64,000 nucleotides of DNA from the NCBI GenBank assembly GCA_034667685.1, contig JAXDQU010000124.1, positions 32,488 through 96,487 of the forward strand, given 5' to 3'. The stretch comes from Thermoplasmata archaeon (GTDB taxonomy: Archaea > Thermoplasmatota > SW-10-69-26 > JACQPN01 > JAJPHT01). The position numbers and the translations under genes were made by a program. Under the pieces are notes generated by a model, which searched no databases, had not been told where the DNA came from, and was given only the letters and a program-made list of their open reading frames with translations. Shown here piece after piece: positions 8,767-17,782 of the stretch. Within the stretch, counting starts at the first letter, position 1. Each line of letters begins with the position of its first letter.

Positions 8767-11700
8767 GGTCGGGCACCCCCTTGTCGAGGCGGCGGAAGCG
8801 CAGGAGCATCCCGCCCACGGCGACGACGCCGGCGAACGCGCCCACGCCGGAGAGGATGCTCGGCACGAGGACCGGCGCGCCCTCGTCCTGCACGGAGAAA
8901 GGCGTGCGGGCCGCGGCGGCTTCGAGCTTCTCCACGGCCTGCTCGCCCGGCGTCGCGCCCGGCACGTGCGCCAGGAGGTCGGCCTGCTGAAGGTGCGGGA
9001 GGCTCCACGTCGAGGCGCCCGTGCGCGAGGTGACGAGCATCAGCTGGGGCATCACGGTGTCCAGCTCGTAGAGGAGCGACTCCGATCCGTTGCCGGTGAG
9101 GAAGATCCCCTCCTGGAGCTGGCTTGCGGCCAGGTGGACGTCCACCAGGACGTCCTGCCGCCCGTCGGGCTGCGCGAGCCCCTGGAGCGAGACGTAGGGC
9201 AGCGCCTCGGCGTAGCCGGTGGTGGAGACCGCGGAGACGCGGCGCGACCAGATCGCGCCCCCGCCGGCGCCGTCGTAGAGCGTGAGCCAAAGGTCGTTGA
9301 CGTCTCCCGAAAGCACGCCCATCTCACGCCGGCCGTCGCCATTGGCGTCGGGCGCCGCGATGGGGGAGCAGAACGTCCCCACGCACGACACGGTGGACAG
9401 CGGCCGCGCCGTGCGTCCGTCCAGGAACGAGAGATGGTGGAGGACGGTCTGGTCGCCCAGCAGCTCCGGCCGGTCCACGGGCACCTCTCCCACGCCGTCG
9501 CCGTTGACGTCGACGATGCCCGCGCGGCGCATGGCGTCGAGGAAGTAGGCGACGTCCGCGGGCGCCTCGAGGCTGGTGGCCGTCCAGAGCGTCTTGCCCG
9601 TGCGGCCCGAGAGGACGAAGACGTGCGCCGGCTGGACGACCGCGCGGTCTTCGCTGGTGGCGTACCACTCGGTCGCGACGAGGTCGGCCGCCCCGTCGCC
9701 GTCCGAGTCGCCAAGGAGCGCGGCGTCGATCGCGCGCGGCGCCTCGCGCGACCACAGAAGGTGGCCGTCGCGGCCGCTGCGCGCCGAGAGGACGTCGCGC
9801 GGCTCCGAGCCGGTCAGGCGCTCGCGCAGGATGACGTCCGAGGCGCCGTCGCCGTCGAGGTCGGCGGTCGCCAGGATGCGCACCTCGTGCGCGGGCACGT
9901 TGAGCTCGGCGGCCAAGCGCAGCCGCGGGTTGGGATAGGGATGCGCGCCCGTGGTGGCGGGCACGTCGCGCCGGATCGTCTGGTCCCACAGCTTCTTGCC
10001 CGTGGCGCCGCCGAACGCGACGAGGTGGACGTCGAAGTCGCGCGGACCCGTGTTCGCGTTGGGCGTGGGCGACCAGACGTTCTCGCGGTAGAGGACGTCG
10101 GGCACGCCGTCGCCATCGAGGTCGGGGCAGCAGGGAGCCGGGTCCCAGGCCCGGTCCTTGACGCTGACGGGAGGCGCGTCCTCGTCGCGCTCGGCGTAGG
10201 CGGCGTCGAGGATCCACGCCTCGCGGCTCGCGGCGGGATCGGCGGTGAAGGTGTCCGTGCGCCACGCGACGTGGCCGGTCTGCGGATCGAGGCGCGCGAC
10301 CCACTCCACGCTGTCGTAGCGGTCGAGCAGGATCGGCCCGTTGTTGAAGCCGGGCGCGGACACGTACGACTTCACCTCGCCCACGCTCCAGCCGACGCCT
10401 TCGACGAAGAGCGCGCCGGACGCCACGAAGGTCTGGATGAAGAAGGTGTCCGCCTGCGAGGCCATGACGCCGTCCTCGGCCTCGCGTCCCTGGAACGCCC
10501 AGCGCCAGAGCGTCGCGCCGTCGCGCGCGTCGATCATGGCGATCTCGTGGAGCGAGACGGCGGCCCCGAAGAGGAGGCTCGGGCGCTCGACGCGCGTGCG
10601 CTCCACGACGATGCCGGTCCCGTTGGCGAGGCGCATGGTGCCCACGACGCGCGCGTTGGAGCAGCCCATCTGCGTCGAGTTCTCGTTGAGGTCCACGGCC
10701 CACGCGACGGTCCCGCGCGCGCCGTCGAGGCCGAAGAGCCTGTGCTCGGGCGGGCAGCGCCAGATGGCCTCGTGGTCGGCGTCCTCGGGCAGGCGGAAGG
10801 CGCCCTCGCAGTCGTACCGGACGACGCAATAGACGTCCGCCACCACGTCGGCGCGCCCGTCTCCCGTGACGTCGCCGATGGGGTAGGTGAACGCGAGCGT
10901 GTCGTTGTCGTCGAAGACGCGCTGCGTCGTGGCGTTGGGCTCGGGCGTGGCCGCTTCCGTGGGCGGGGGCAGGAGCGTGGGCGGGGGCGAGGGCAACGGC
11001 GCGCGGCCGCCCAGGGACAGGCTCAGCGCGGGCGAGACGGGGAGCGCCGTGACGAGGACGACGAGCACCACGCCCGCGGCGAGGAGCTTGAGCGGAAGAC
11101 GGCTCAGCGCGAGCAGCGTCGCGAGCCCCAGCGCCAGCCCAAGCGCGACGCCCACGACGACGCCCCATGCGACCCGCGGCGCCAGCGGCGCGGGCGGGGC
11201 GTCCACGCTGGCCAACGAGAGCGGCTGCGTGCTCGCGGGCGAGCTGAGGTTGGGCGAGCGCCACACGAGGCTCCCGTCGTTGGCGATCCTCGCGCGGGGC
11301 GTGATGACCTCGTGGCGGCGCTCGAAGCTGAAGTCCTGGAGGTCGGCCCACGCGAGCGTCGCGCCGCCCGGAAGGCCCGCGCAGCCGGCGCCCAAGGCCT
11401 CGAGCTCGATGCCGGTGGTCGCGGCGTGGGGCGCGCTGCTGCTGTGCAGCGGCACGCGCCAGAGCGTCTGGCCGCTGCTCGCGTCCAGGCGCGTGACGTC
11501 GACGCGCCGCGCGTGGCCCGAGACGACGGTGAGCTTCGTGCCCGCGTCGCCGCACGCGACGACGCGCCCGTCCGGACCCCAGGCGGAGAGCGTCTGGAGC
11601 ACGTGGCCGTCGACGCCGCTGCGCACCTCGTAGACGTGGCTCGACGTGGCCAGGAGCGCCTGGTCGCGCCCCGTCTCGAAGGCGGGCTGGGCGGGCGTGA

Positions 11701-13354
11701 CGAGGTCTCGCACGCCATCGCCGTCGAGGTCGAAGGGGGCGAGCGCTTCGCCATACTGCGCCAGCGCCAATTGATAGCTCAGGTAGGAATTCTCCGCGAA
11801 GCTGCGCTCCCACGTCCAGCGAGAGGCGCCGGTGGCCGCGTCGAGCCCGACCAGGCGGAGGCTCTTGGCAGGGAAGCGCCCGCCCGGCGGGGGGAGGGTG
11901 GGCACGTCGACCAGGCCCACGCCCAGGAGCCCCTTGCCCAGCGGCGCCGCGCGGCCCCAGCCTTGCAGGCGCGCGTCCCACATGGGCGTGCCGTTGGCGC
12001 CGCGCAGCGGGACGAAGTGCGTCCGGTACTGGCCGTTCGGCGTCGCCTGGAGGCCAAGCTCCTGGCCGACCCACGAGGCCATGACATCAGGGTGGCCGTC
12101 CCCGTCGAGGTCCGCGACGGCGTACGCCTGCTCCCACTGGAGCTGCTCGACGCCCTCTTCCAGCGGCGGGCTGGCGCGCGGGGCCAGCGCATCGACGAGC
12201 GTGCGGTTCCAGCCCACCTCGCCAGACCTGCCCTCCAATGCCAGGACGGCCATCCCGCGGCCCGCCTGCGCGAGGCTCGCGCCGGTGGGATCGACGATGC
12301 CGGTGGCGCGCGGGCTCTCCAGCGTCGTCTGGTCGAGCACGATCTCGGGCCAGGCGTCGCCGTCGAGGTCGGTGGCGCTCGCGAGCCACGTCAGGTTCGT
12401 GACCTTGCCGTCGGCCGCGAGGTCGCGCGTCCACATCGTGGTGCCGTTGGCCGCGTCGAGCGCGAGGACGTGGTCGGTCGCCGCGGCGGCGTCGTACGAG
12501 AAGGGCGTCTGGAAGGGCAGGTCGAGCGAGTTGCCGATCTGGGCGTTGGTGAAGCCGATGGGGTCCTCGGCCTTTTGCTCCAGGACGTCGGTGGTCTGGA
12601 GCACGACCTCGGCGCCATGCGGCGTGCGGGCCACCATGAGGCCCGTCGGGAAACCCTGGATGGAACGGACGAAGACGCTCGCGAAGCCATAGAGGGGCGC
12701 TGCGTCGTCGGCGCGCGTGTCGCGCCCATCCAGAGCGCGCGTCCAGAGCGGGCGGCCGTCCTTGCCCGAGAGCGCCTTGACGATGGCCGCGTACGTGACG
12801 ACCTGGACGTTGCTCTGCGTGGGCGGCGCGTCCAGCCTCGTGCCGGGCTGGTAGCCGAACGCCACGACGTCGCATGCGCCGTCCCCGTTGAGGTCGGGCG
12901 CCGCGACGACGTTGCGGGGCGCGTCGGGGACCGGCTGGCCGAGACGCTGCCACGAGTCGCCATCGTCGCGCAGCGTGACGGCGAAGAGGTTGTCGGCGGC
13001 CCAGAGCTGCGAGCCGTTGGCGCCGCTCCACGCGACGACCTTGGAGGGGGCGTCCTCCAGCCGCGGGGGCGCGCGCAGGTCGAGGTCGTTCGAGATCATG
13101 TCGGGGACGCCGTCTCCGTCGAGGTCGCACGTCGCGTGCACGTCGCGGTACGTCGTGCGCGGCGCGTTCCCGTCCACGGCCGCGGCCGCGGCGGCCTCCG
13201 TCGCGCCCGGCGGGAGCGCGCCCATCCGCTCCATCTGCGCGAGGAAGGCCGGACCCATGCCTCCCACCTGCGGCGCGACCTGGGGCGCGCTGGCCCGGGC
13301 CGGCGCGAGGGGCGCCAGGAGCAGCACGGCCAGGAGCGCGGGGAGCAGCCTCAT
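8759..13354 (-). CDS. Large membrane-anchored surface protein (1531 aa) with FG-GAP/DxDGDG and PQQ-type beta-propeller repeats
   Basis: N-terminal signal peptide, many DLDGDG and 'dG..G..lW' motifs, an internal pair of hydrophobic helices and a C-terminal TM. Confidence 0.85.
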   Translation of the reverse strand: MRLLPALLAVLLLAPLAPARASAPQVAPQVGGMGPAFLAQMERMGALPPGATEAAAAAAVDGNAPRTTYRDVHATCDLDGDGVPDMISNDLDLRAPPRLEDAPSKVVAWSGANGSQLWAADNLFAVTLRDDGDSWQRLGQPVPDAPRNVVAAPDLNGDGACDVVAFGYQPGTRLDAPPTQSNVQVVTYAAIVKALSGKDGRPLWTRALDGRDTRADDAAPLYGFASVFVRSIQGFPTGLMVARTPHGAEVVLQTTDVLEQKAEDPIGFTNAQIGNSLDLPFQTPFSYDAAAATDHVLALDAANGTTMWTRDLAADGKVTNLTWLASATDLDGDAWPEIVLDQTTLESPRATGIVDPTGASLAQAGRGMAVLALEGRSGEVGWNRTLVDALAPRASPPLEEGVEQLQWEQAYAVADLDGDGHPDVMASWVGQELGLQATPNGQYRTHFVPLRGANGTPMWDARLQGWGRAAPLGKGLLGVGLVDVPTLPPPGGRFPAKSLRLVGLDAATGASRWTWERSFAENSYLSYQLALAQYGEALAPFDLDGDGVRDLVTPAQPAFETGRDQALLATSSHVYEVRSGVDGHVLQTLSAWGPDGRVVACGDAGTKLTVVSGHARRVDVTRLDASSGQTLWRVPLHSSSAPHAATTGIELEALGAGCAGLPGGATLAWADLQDFSFERRHEVITPRARIANDGSLVWRSPNLSSPASTQPLSLASVDAPPAPLAPRVAWGVVVGVALGLALGLATLLALSRLPLKLLAAGVVLVVLVTALPVSPALSLSLGGRAPLPSPPPTLLPPPTEAATPEPNATTQRVFDDNDTLAFTYPIGDVTGDGRADVVADVYCVVRYDCEGAFRLPEDADHEAIWRCPPEHRLFGLDGARGTVAWAVDLNENSTQMGCSNARVVGTMRLANGTGIVVERTRVERPSLLFGAAVSLHEIAMIDARDGATLWRWAFQGREAEDGVMASQADTFFIQTFVASGALFVEGVGWSVGEVKSYVSAPGFNNGPILLDRYDSVEWVARLDPQTGHVAWRTDTFTADPAASREAWILDAAYAERDEDAPPVSVKDRAWDPAPCCPDLDGDGVPDVLYRENVWSPTPNANTGPRDFDVHLVAFGGATGKKLWDQTIRRDVPATTGAHPYPNPRLRLAAELNVPAHEVRILATADLDGDGASDVILRERLTGSEPRDVLSARSGRDGHLLWSREAPRAIDAALLGDSDGDGAADLVATEWYATSEDRAVVQPAHVFVLSGRTGKTLWTATSLEAPADVAYFLDAMRRAGIVDVNGDGVGEVPVDRPELLGDQTVLHHLSFLDGRTARPLSTVSCVGTFCSPIAAPDANGDGRREMGVLSGDVNDLWLTLYDGAGGGAIWSRRVSAVSTTGYAEALPYVSLQGLAQPDGRQDVLVDVHLAASQLQEGIFLTGNGSESLLYELDTVMPQLMLVTSRTGASTWSLPHLQQADLLAHVPGATPGEQAVEKLEAAAARTPFSVQDEGAPVLVPSILSGVGAFAGVVAVGGMLLRFRRLDKGVPDLE

Positions 13355-13363
13355 GATATCATC

Positions 13364-15328
13364 TCAGCGGCGGACGTGGAGGCGGCCCGAGAGCGCGACC
13401 TTGGCCTGGGGCGTCGCGTCGAGCGCGGCGTCGAGGACCTCGGCGAGGTCGTGGCACGCGACGATCTCCAGGGTGGCCAGGCCGGGCTCGTCGGCGAGGA
13501 GCGAGGCCAGCGCGGCGGCGGGGACGATGGCGCGCCGGTAGCCGAGCGCGGCGGCGGCCTCCAGGCGCTGGAGCGTCGCGCGCACCGGGCGCAGCGCGCC
13601 GCTCACCGCGACCTCGCCCACCAGCACGACGTCCTGCCGGACCGGGAGCGACTCCAGCGCCGAGACCGCGGCGACGGCGGCGGCCATGCCGATCCCCTCC
13701 GCCTCGGCGTGCGGGTGGGCGATGCGGGCGTCGACGTGGATGTCGTGGTCCGCGATCGCGTCGCCCTTGAGGATCTTCAGGACGGCCCCGACGTTCTCGA
13801 CGCCGTGGCCGTGCGCGCCCTTGAGGCCGGGGCCCAGCACGATGGCGCCGCCGTGGCGCGAGAGCGCCGGGACGACGGCCGCCTCGACGGGCGCGACGAG
13901 GCCGGCGGGCTCGCCCACCTCGCCGGTGCCCACGATGGCGACGCCGATCGCGCTTCCCACCTCGGCGCCCGCGCGCACCGCGAACCCTTCGCGGGCCAGC
14001 GAGCCCTCGACGTCCTTCTCCATGATCTGCTGCTCCAGCGAGCGCGAGGCGCGCTTGGCGGAGCGCACGTGCTCGACCGTCACGAGGGTCGCGCCCGCGG
14101 CGCTCGCGAAGTCGCCGGCCGTGCGCACGAGGCCGCCCAGCTCGCGCAGGCGCAGCGTGAGCTTGCCGGTGCGGCCGCTGCGGCGCTGGGCCTCGCGGAT
14201 CACCTCGCCCACGGCGTCGGCGTCGAAGTGCGGGATGCGCCCGTCGCGCGCGACCTCCTGGGCCACGAACTGCACGAGCTTCGCGCGGTTCGCGTCGGTG
14301 TCGTCCATGAGCGCGTTGACGTGGATCTCGTAGCCGTAGCCGCGGATGCGCGAGCGCAGCGCGGGGTGCATGCCGCCCGCGCCGTTCTGCTCGGGGGGCG
14401 CGACGGCGTCGAGGTTGCCGGCCGCCACGAGGATGAAGTCGCAGGGCACGGGCTCGGTGCGGATCATCGCGCCGCTGCTGCTCTGCGACTGGCCCACGAT
14501 CGCATACTGGCGGTCCTGCATCGCGGTGAGGAGCGCCTGCTGCGAGGGCAGGCGGAGCACGTTGATCTCGTCGATGAAGAGCACGCCCTTGTGCGCGCGG
14601 TGGATCGCGCCCTCCTCCACGCGCGCGTGGGGCGGCGTCTCCAGGCCGCCGCTCTGGAAGGGGTCGTGGCGCACGTCGCCCAGGAGCGCGCCCGCGTGCG
14701 AGCCCGTGGCGTCCACGTAGGGCGCCTTCTCGGGCCGCGCCGCGTGCTCGGCGAGGAGCTTCGGGACGAGGAGCTCCTTCTTGGGCGCCTTCTGGCCCAT
14801 GAAGTAGACGAACATGAGGCCGATCAGGACGCTGAAGAGGAACGAGAGCACGCCCTGGGCCAGCGCGAGCCACATCACCAGGCCGAAGAGGATCGTGCCC
14901 GCCGCGATGCCGTACTCGACGGCGCGGTAGAGCAGGACCTTCCTCGTCGCCTTGCGCTCGTACTTCTCCAGGATGCGGCGCCCCAGGCCCCCTTCCACCT
15001 GCGCGACCTTCGGCATGTTGGGGTTCTTCGCGTTGTGGTGGACGAGGACGTCCTTCTGCGCCTCGGCGGGAAGCAGCTCCGCCATCGCCTTCGCGATCAT
15101 CGACTTGCCCGTGCCGGGGTCGCCGATGAGCAGGATGTTGCGCTTCTGCTCCGCCGCCCTGCGCACGATCTCGACGGCGTGATCCTGTCCAATGACCTGC
15201 TCGATGAGGCGGTCCGGGATGGCCACGTCCGCCGTCGTGGCGAATCCCTGGCGGCGGGCCCACTGGCGCGGGTCGGCTTCGAGCGGGGCGTTCACGGGGA
15301 TGCGGCGGGTCTGGGTCTCTTCGGTCAT
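13364..15328 (-). CDS. lonB: Archaeal membrane LonB-family AAA+ protein, predicted protease-inactive
   Basis: QVIGQDHA, Walker A GDPGTGKS, two TM helices, GDVRHDPFQSGGL, Walker B LFIDE and HPALRSRIRGYG. The catalytic Ser and Lys positions read Gly and Arg. Confidence 0.92.
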   Translation of the reverse strand: MTEETQTRRIPVNAPLEADPRQWARRQGFATTADVAIPDRLIEQVIGQDHAVEIVRRAAEQKRNILLIGDPGTGKSMIAKAMAELLPAEAQKDVLVHHNAKNPNMPKVAQVEGGLGRRILEKYERKATRKVLLYRAVEYGIAAGTILFGLVMWLALAQGVLSFLFSVLIGLMFVYFMGQKAPKKELLVPKLLAEHAARPEKAPYVDATGSHAGALLGDVRHDPFQSGGLETPPHARVEEGAIHRAHKGVLFIDEINVLRLPSQQALLTAMQDRQYAIVGQSQSSSGAMIRTEPVPCDFILVAAGNLDAVAPPEQNGAGGMHPALRSRIRGYGYEIHVNALMDDTDANRAKLVQFVAQEVARDGRIPHFDADAVGEVIREAQRRSGRTGKLTLRLRELGGLVRTAGDFASAAGATLVTVEHVRSAKRASRSLEQQIMEKDVEGSLAREGFAVRAGAEVGSAIGVAIVGTGEVGEPAGLVAPVEAAVVPALSRHGGAIVLGPGLKGAHGHGVENVGAVLKILKGDAIADHDIHVDARIAHPHAEAEGIGMAAAVAAVSALESLPVRQDVVLVGEVAVSGALRPVRATLQRLEAAAALGYRRAIVPAAALASLLADEPGLATLEIVACHDLAEVLDAALDATPQAKVALSGRLHVRR

Positions 15329-16950
15329 TCGTCGCGGACCTCCACGGTCTGCTGGCGCCGGGCCATGGCGACGCGGGCCATGGCGGTGCCGGCGAGGACG
15401 CCGGCGGGGATGCCGACGAGGACGGGGATGCCGCCGGGGGCGGCGGCGGGAACGGGGGGAGCCTGCGCGGCCAGGGGGACCACGGGCGGCGCGAACCCGT
15501 GCTCGCGGACCTCGGCGAAGCGGACGAAGCCGTAGTCGCCGTAGGCCAGCAGCTCGCGCGGGGCGCCGCCGGCGGGATCGCGCCGGACGACGAGGCTGTC
15601 GTGCAGGTCGTCGTAGACGTCCTCGCCCAGGCCCGTGGCGGTGGGGCTCACGTCCACGCGGCGCACCTGGCCCAGAGCGAGGTCGAGGCTCGCCCGGACG
15701 CCCTCGGGACCCAGCGCGACGAGCGTCTTGGCGATGCCGGGCTGGGCGTCGGTCGCGCGGCGCGTCTCGAAGACGAGGTGCAGGCTCCCCGAGCCAGGCG
15801 CGTAGGCCGCGGCCGTCGCGCGCGCCTCCAGGAGCGCGCCTTGGGAGCCCAGCCCGGGCGGCTGGACGTCGGGACCCACGTCGCGGGGCGCGCTCCAGGC
15901 GGAGCCGTTGCGCGCGCGGAACGACACGACGAGGCTCGGGTGACCGTCCTGCACGCCGGCGGCCCACGCCGCGTAACGGCCGGGTCCGTCCAGGGGCGCG
16001 AGGCCCACCTGGCCCAGGTCCGGCAGAGGGAGCGCGCCCAGGTCCGAGGCCCGCGACGTGCGCGGGTCGAGCGACACGAGCCGCGATCCGCAGGCGAAGA
16101 CGAGGCTCGCCCCCTCGGCGAAGGGCCGCGAGAGCGAGGCGCACCCCTGCGGCGTGAGGTTCGCGTCGAGCGGCGTCCACGCGCCGGACGTCCCGTTCGC
16201 CCACGCGCCGGCGAGGGTGACGCGCCGCGGGGCGTCCTCCTGGCGCCAGAGCGCGACGAGGGCGTCCGCGTCGGGGACGTAGGTCAGATGCAGGCTGTCC
16301 GCGCGCGAATCGGCGGGGAGCGGCAGCACCGTGAGGCCGTTGAAGTAGTCCATCCCGGCCGCGGGCTTCCCCTCGCGCCAGAGGGCGACCGTGTAACGGT
16401 AGGGCGTCGAGGCCGTGGCGCCCGCGTCGCGCGACGCGTAGAGGGCCGCCAGCGCGACGCGGCCCTGGCCGTCGAGCGCCATCGCGTTGTCCTCGCCGTA
16501 CGCCTCGCGCGCCTGGCCCGCCCGCACCGGGACGCCGGGCAGCGTGGAGGCGGGCAGGATGGCCGTGGGCGGATCGTACGGGTAGTCATGCCACGTCGAG
16601 CCGCCGTCGCGGGTCACGAAGGTCGTGTGCGGCTGGTGGACCGAGGCGTCGCGGCTCCGGGGCGACGGGGGCTGGCCGCTCGGGAGCGGATGCAGCCCCG
16701 CGCCGCCGTGCATGGCGCTGAACGCGAGGACCGACGGATCGCGCGCGTCGGCCACGAGGTCAGGCTGCCCGAACAGGTCTTCCTGGTCGAGCACGTAGAG
16801 GGGGCAGGTCGGCGGCTGCGCGGGCGAGGCCGCGACGACCGGTGGGCAGGCCAGCTCGAAGCCGGCGCCGCCCGGGGCCGCGTGGACGACCGGGACCGCG
16901 AGCAGGACCAGGAGAAGGGGGGCGACCCAGCGGACGGACTCGGACGCCAC
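15325..16950 (-). CDS. Secreted, C-terminally membrane-anchored hypothetical protein (probably beta-propeller)
   Basis: GTG start after GAGGTGG; signal peptide; Asp-box-like TRDGGSTW; C-terminal TM plus RRQQ; stop overlaps the lonB start. Confidence 0.8.
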   Translation of the reverse strand: MASESVRWVAPLLLVLLAVPVVHAAPGGAGFELACPPVVAASPAQPPTCPLYVLDQEDLFGQPDLVADARDPSVLAFSAMHGGAGLHPLPSGQPPSPRSRDASVHQPHTTFVTRDGGSTWHDYPYDPPTAILPASTLPGVPVRAGQAREAYGEDNAMALDGQGRVALAALYASRDAGATASTPYRYTVALWREGKPAAGMDYFNGLTVLPLPADSRADSLHLTYVPDADALVALWRQEDAPRRVTLAGAWANGTSGAWTPLDANLTPQGCASLSRPFAEGASLVFACGSRLVSLDPRTSRASDLGALPLPDLGQVGLAPLDGPGRYAAWAAGVQDGHPSLVVSFRARNGSAWSAPRDVGPDVQPPGLGSQGALLEARATAAAYAPGSGSLHLVFETRRATDAQPGIAKTLVALGPEGVRASLDLALGQVRRVDVSPTATGLGEDVYDDLHDSLVVRRDPAGGAPRELLAYGDYGFVRFAEVREHGFAPPVVPLAAQAPPVPAAAPGGIPVLVGIPAGVLAGTAMARVAMARRQQTVEVRDE

Positions 16951-17083
16951 GTGGCCACCTCGCACGAGGCCGCTATGCCTGCCCGCTTTCAAGGTTGTTG
17001 GTGCGCGCCTTGCCCAAGCCGTCGAGGCGTCCCACCCGAAAGGCCGGGCGAAGGATCATGGCCTGCGCGCCGCTTCCCCGCGC

Positions 17084-17203
17084 GTGCCCCGCCGCAAGTA
17101 CGGCCACCTGGTCACGACGATGGGCAAGAAGCACAAGGACACGCGCCCCGTCCCGGGCTGCCCCAAGTGCGCGCGCGGGTCGTGCGCCACGCACATGGGA
17201 TGA
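17084..17203 (+). CDS. Putative zinc-finger microprotein (39 aa)
   Basis: MPRRKYGHLVTTMGKKHKDTRPVPGCPKCARGSCATHMG with GC-rich third positions; shorter than any ORF in the provided track. Confidence 0.55.
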   Translation: MPRRKYGHLVTTMGKKHKDTRPVPGCPKCARGSCATHMG

Positions 17204-17239
17204 GGCAACGCTCAAGCGGCGCCCCTTCGTCCGTGGCGC

Positions 17240-17779
17240 GTGACTTTCCTCGCCCCGCCGGATGGCCCCGGCGTCGTCTACGAGTTCTTCGCCCCGTTCG
17301 CGCACGTCGAGGGGAAGTACGAGTGGTGCCGCATCCGGAGCCCCACGCACGGCGTCTTCGACGTGCTGATCCTCCTGGGTGCGAGCACGTCGGTGGCTGC
17401 GACGGTCTACGTGGGGTCGGAGGCCGGCGTCCGCTACATGGCGGAGCGTTACCCGGAGTGCCGGACGTTCCGCGGCGAGGTCTCGCTGGTGGAGCGCGAG
17501 GGGGGCCTGGCGCTGGAGGGGCGGCTCGCGGCGGCCGAGGGTCCGCTGCGCGCGGCGCGCATGGCGCTCGTGGCGCCCCCGCAGGTGCCGCAGCAGGTCC
17601 CGTACGGCGGGGCCGGGCAGCCGGTGTGGGGCTCGAAGCGCTTCACATGCTGGGGCGTCGACCTCGTGCTGCGCGGGCACGCGTCGGGCACCCTCGCGTG
17701 GGCGGAGGGGCGCGAGGAACGCATCGACGCGCCCGCCATCGTCACGATGGGGAGCTTCGGACGGATCGCCCCGCTCTGA
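17240..17779 (+). CDS. Hypothetical protein (179 aa)
   Basis: Clean ORF with typical codon usage. Confidence 0.7.
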   Translation: MTFLAPPDGPGVVYEFFAPFAHVEGKYEWCRIRSPTHGVFDVLILLGASTSVAATVYVGSEAGVRYMAERYPECRTFRGEVSLVEREGGLALEGRLAAAEGPLRAARMALVAPPQVPQQVPYGGAGQPVWGSKRFTCWGVDLVLRGHASGTLAWAEGREERIDAPAIVTMGSFGRIAPL

Positions 17780-17782
17780 GGC

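Noticed and set aside
8966-15535. 2189-aa plus-strand ORF and many other very long overlapping ORFs (e.g. the 5' part of 45230-52258, 59545-62709, 3492-5978)
   Set aside because: These are antisense or alternate-frame shadows typical of high-GC DNA. They are Arg/Ala/Gly-rich with no motifs, while the real frames carry recognisable proteins.
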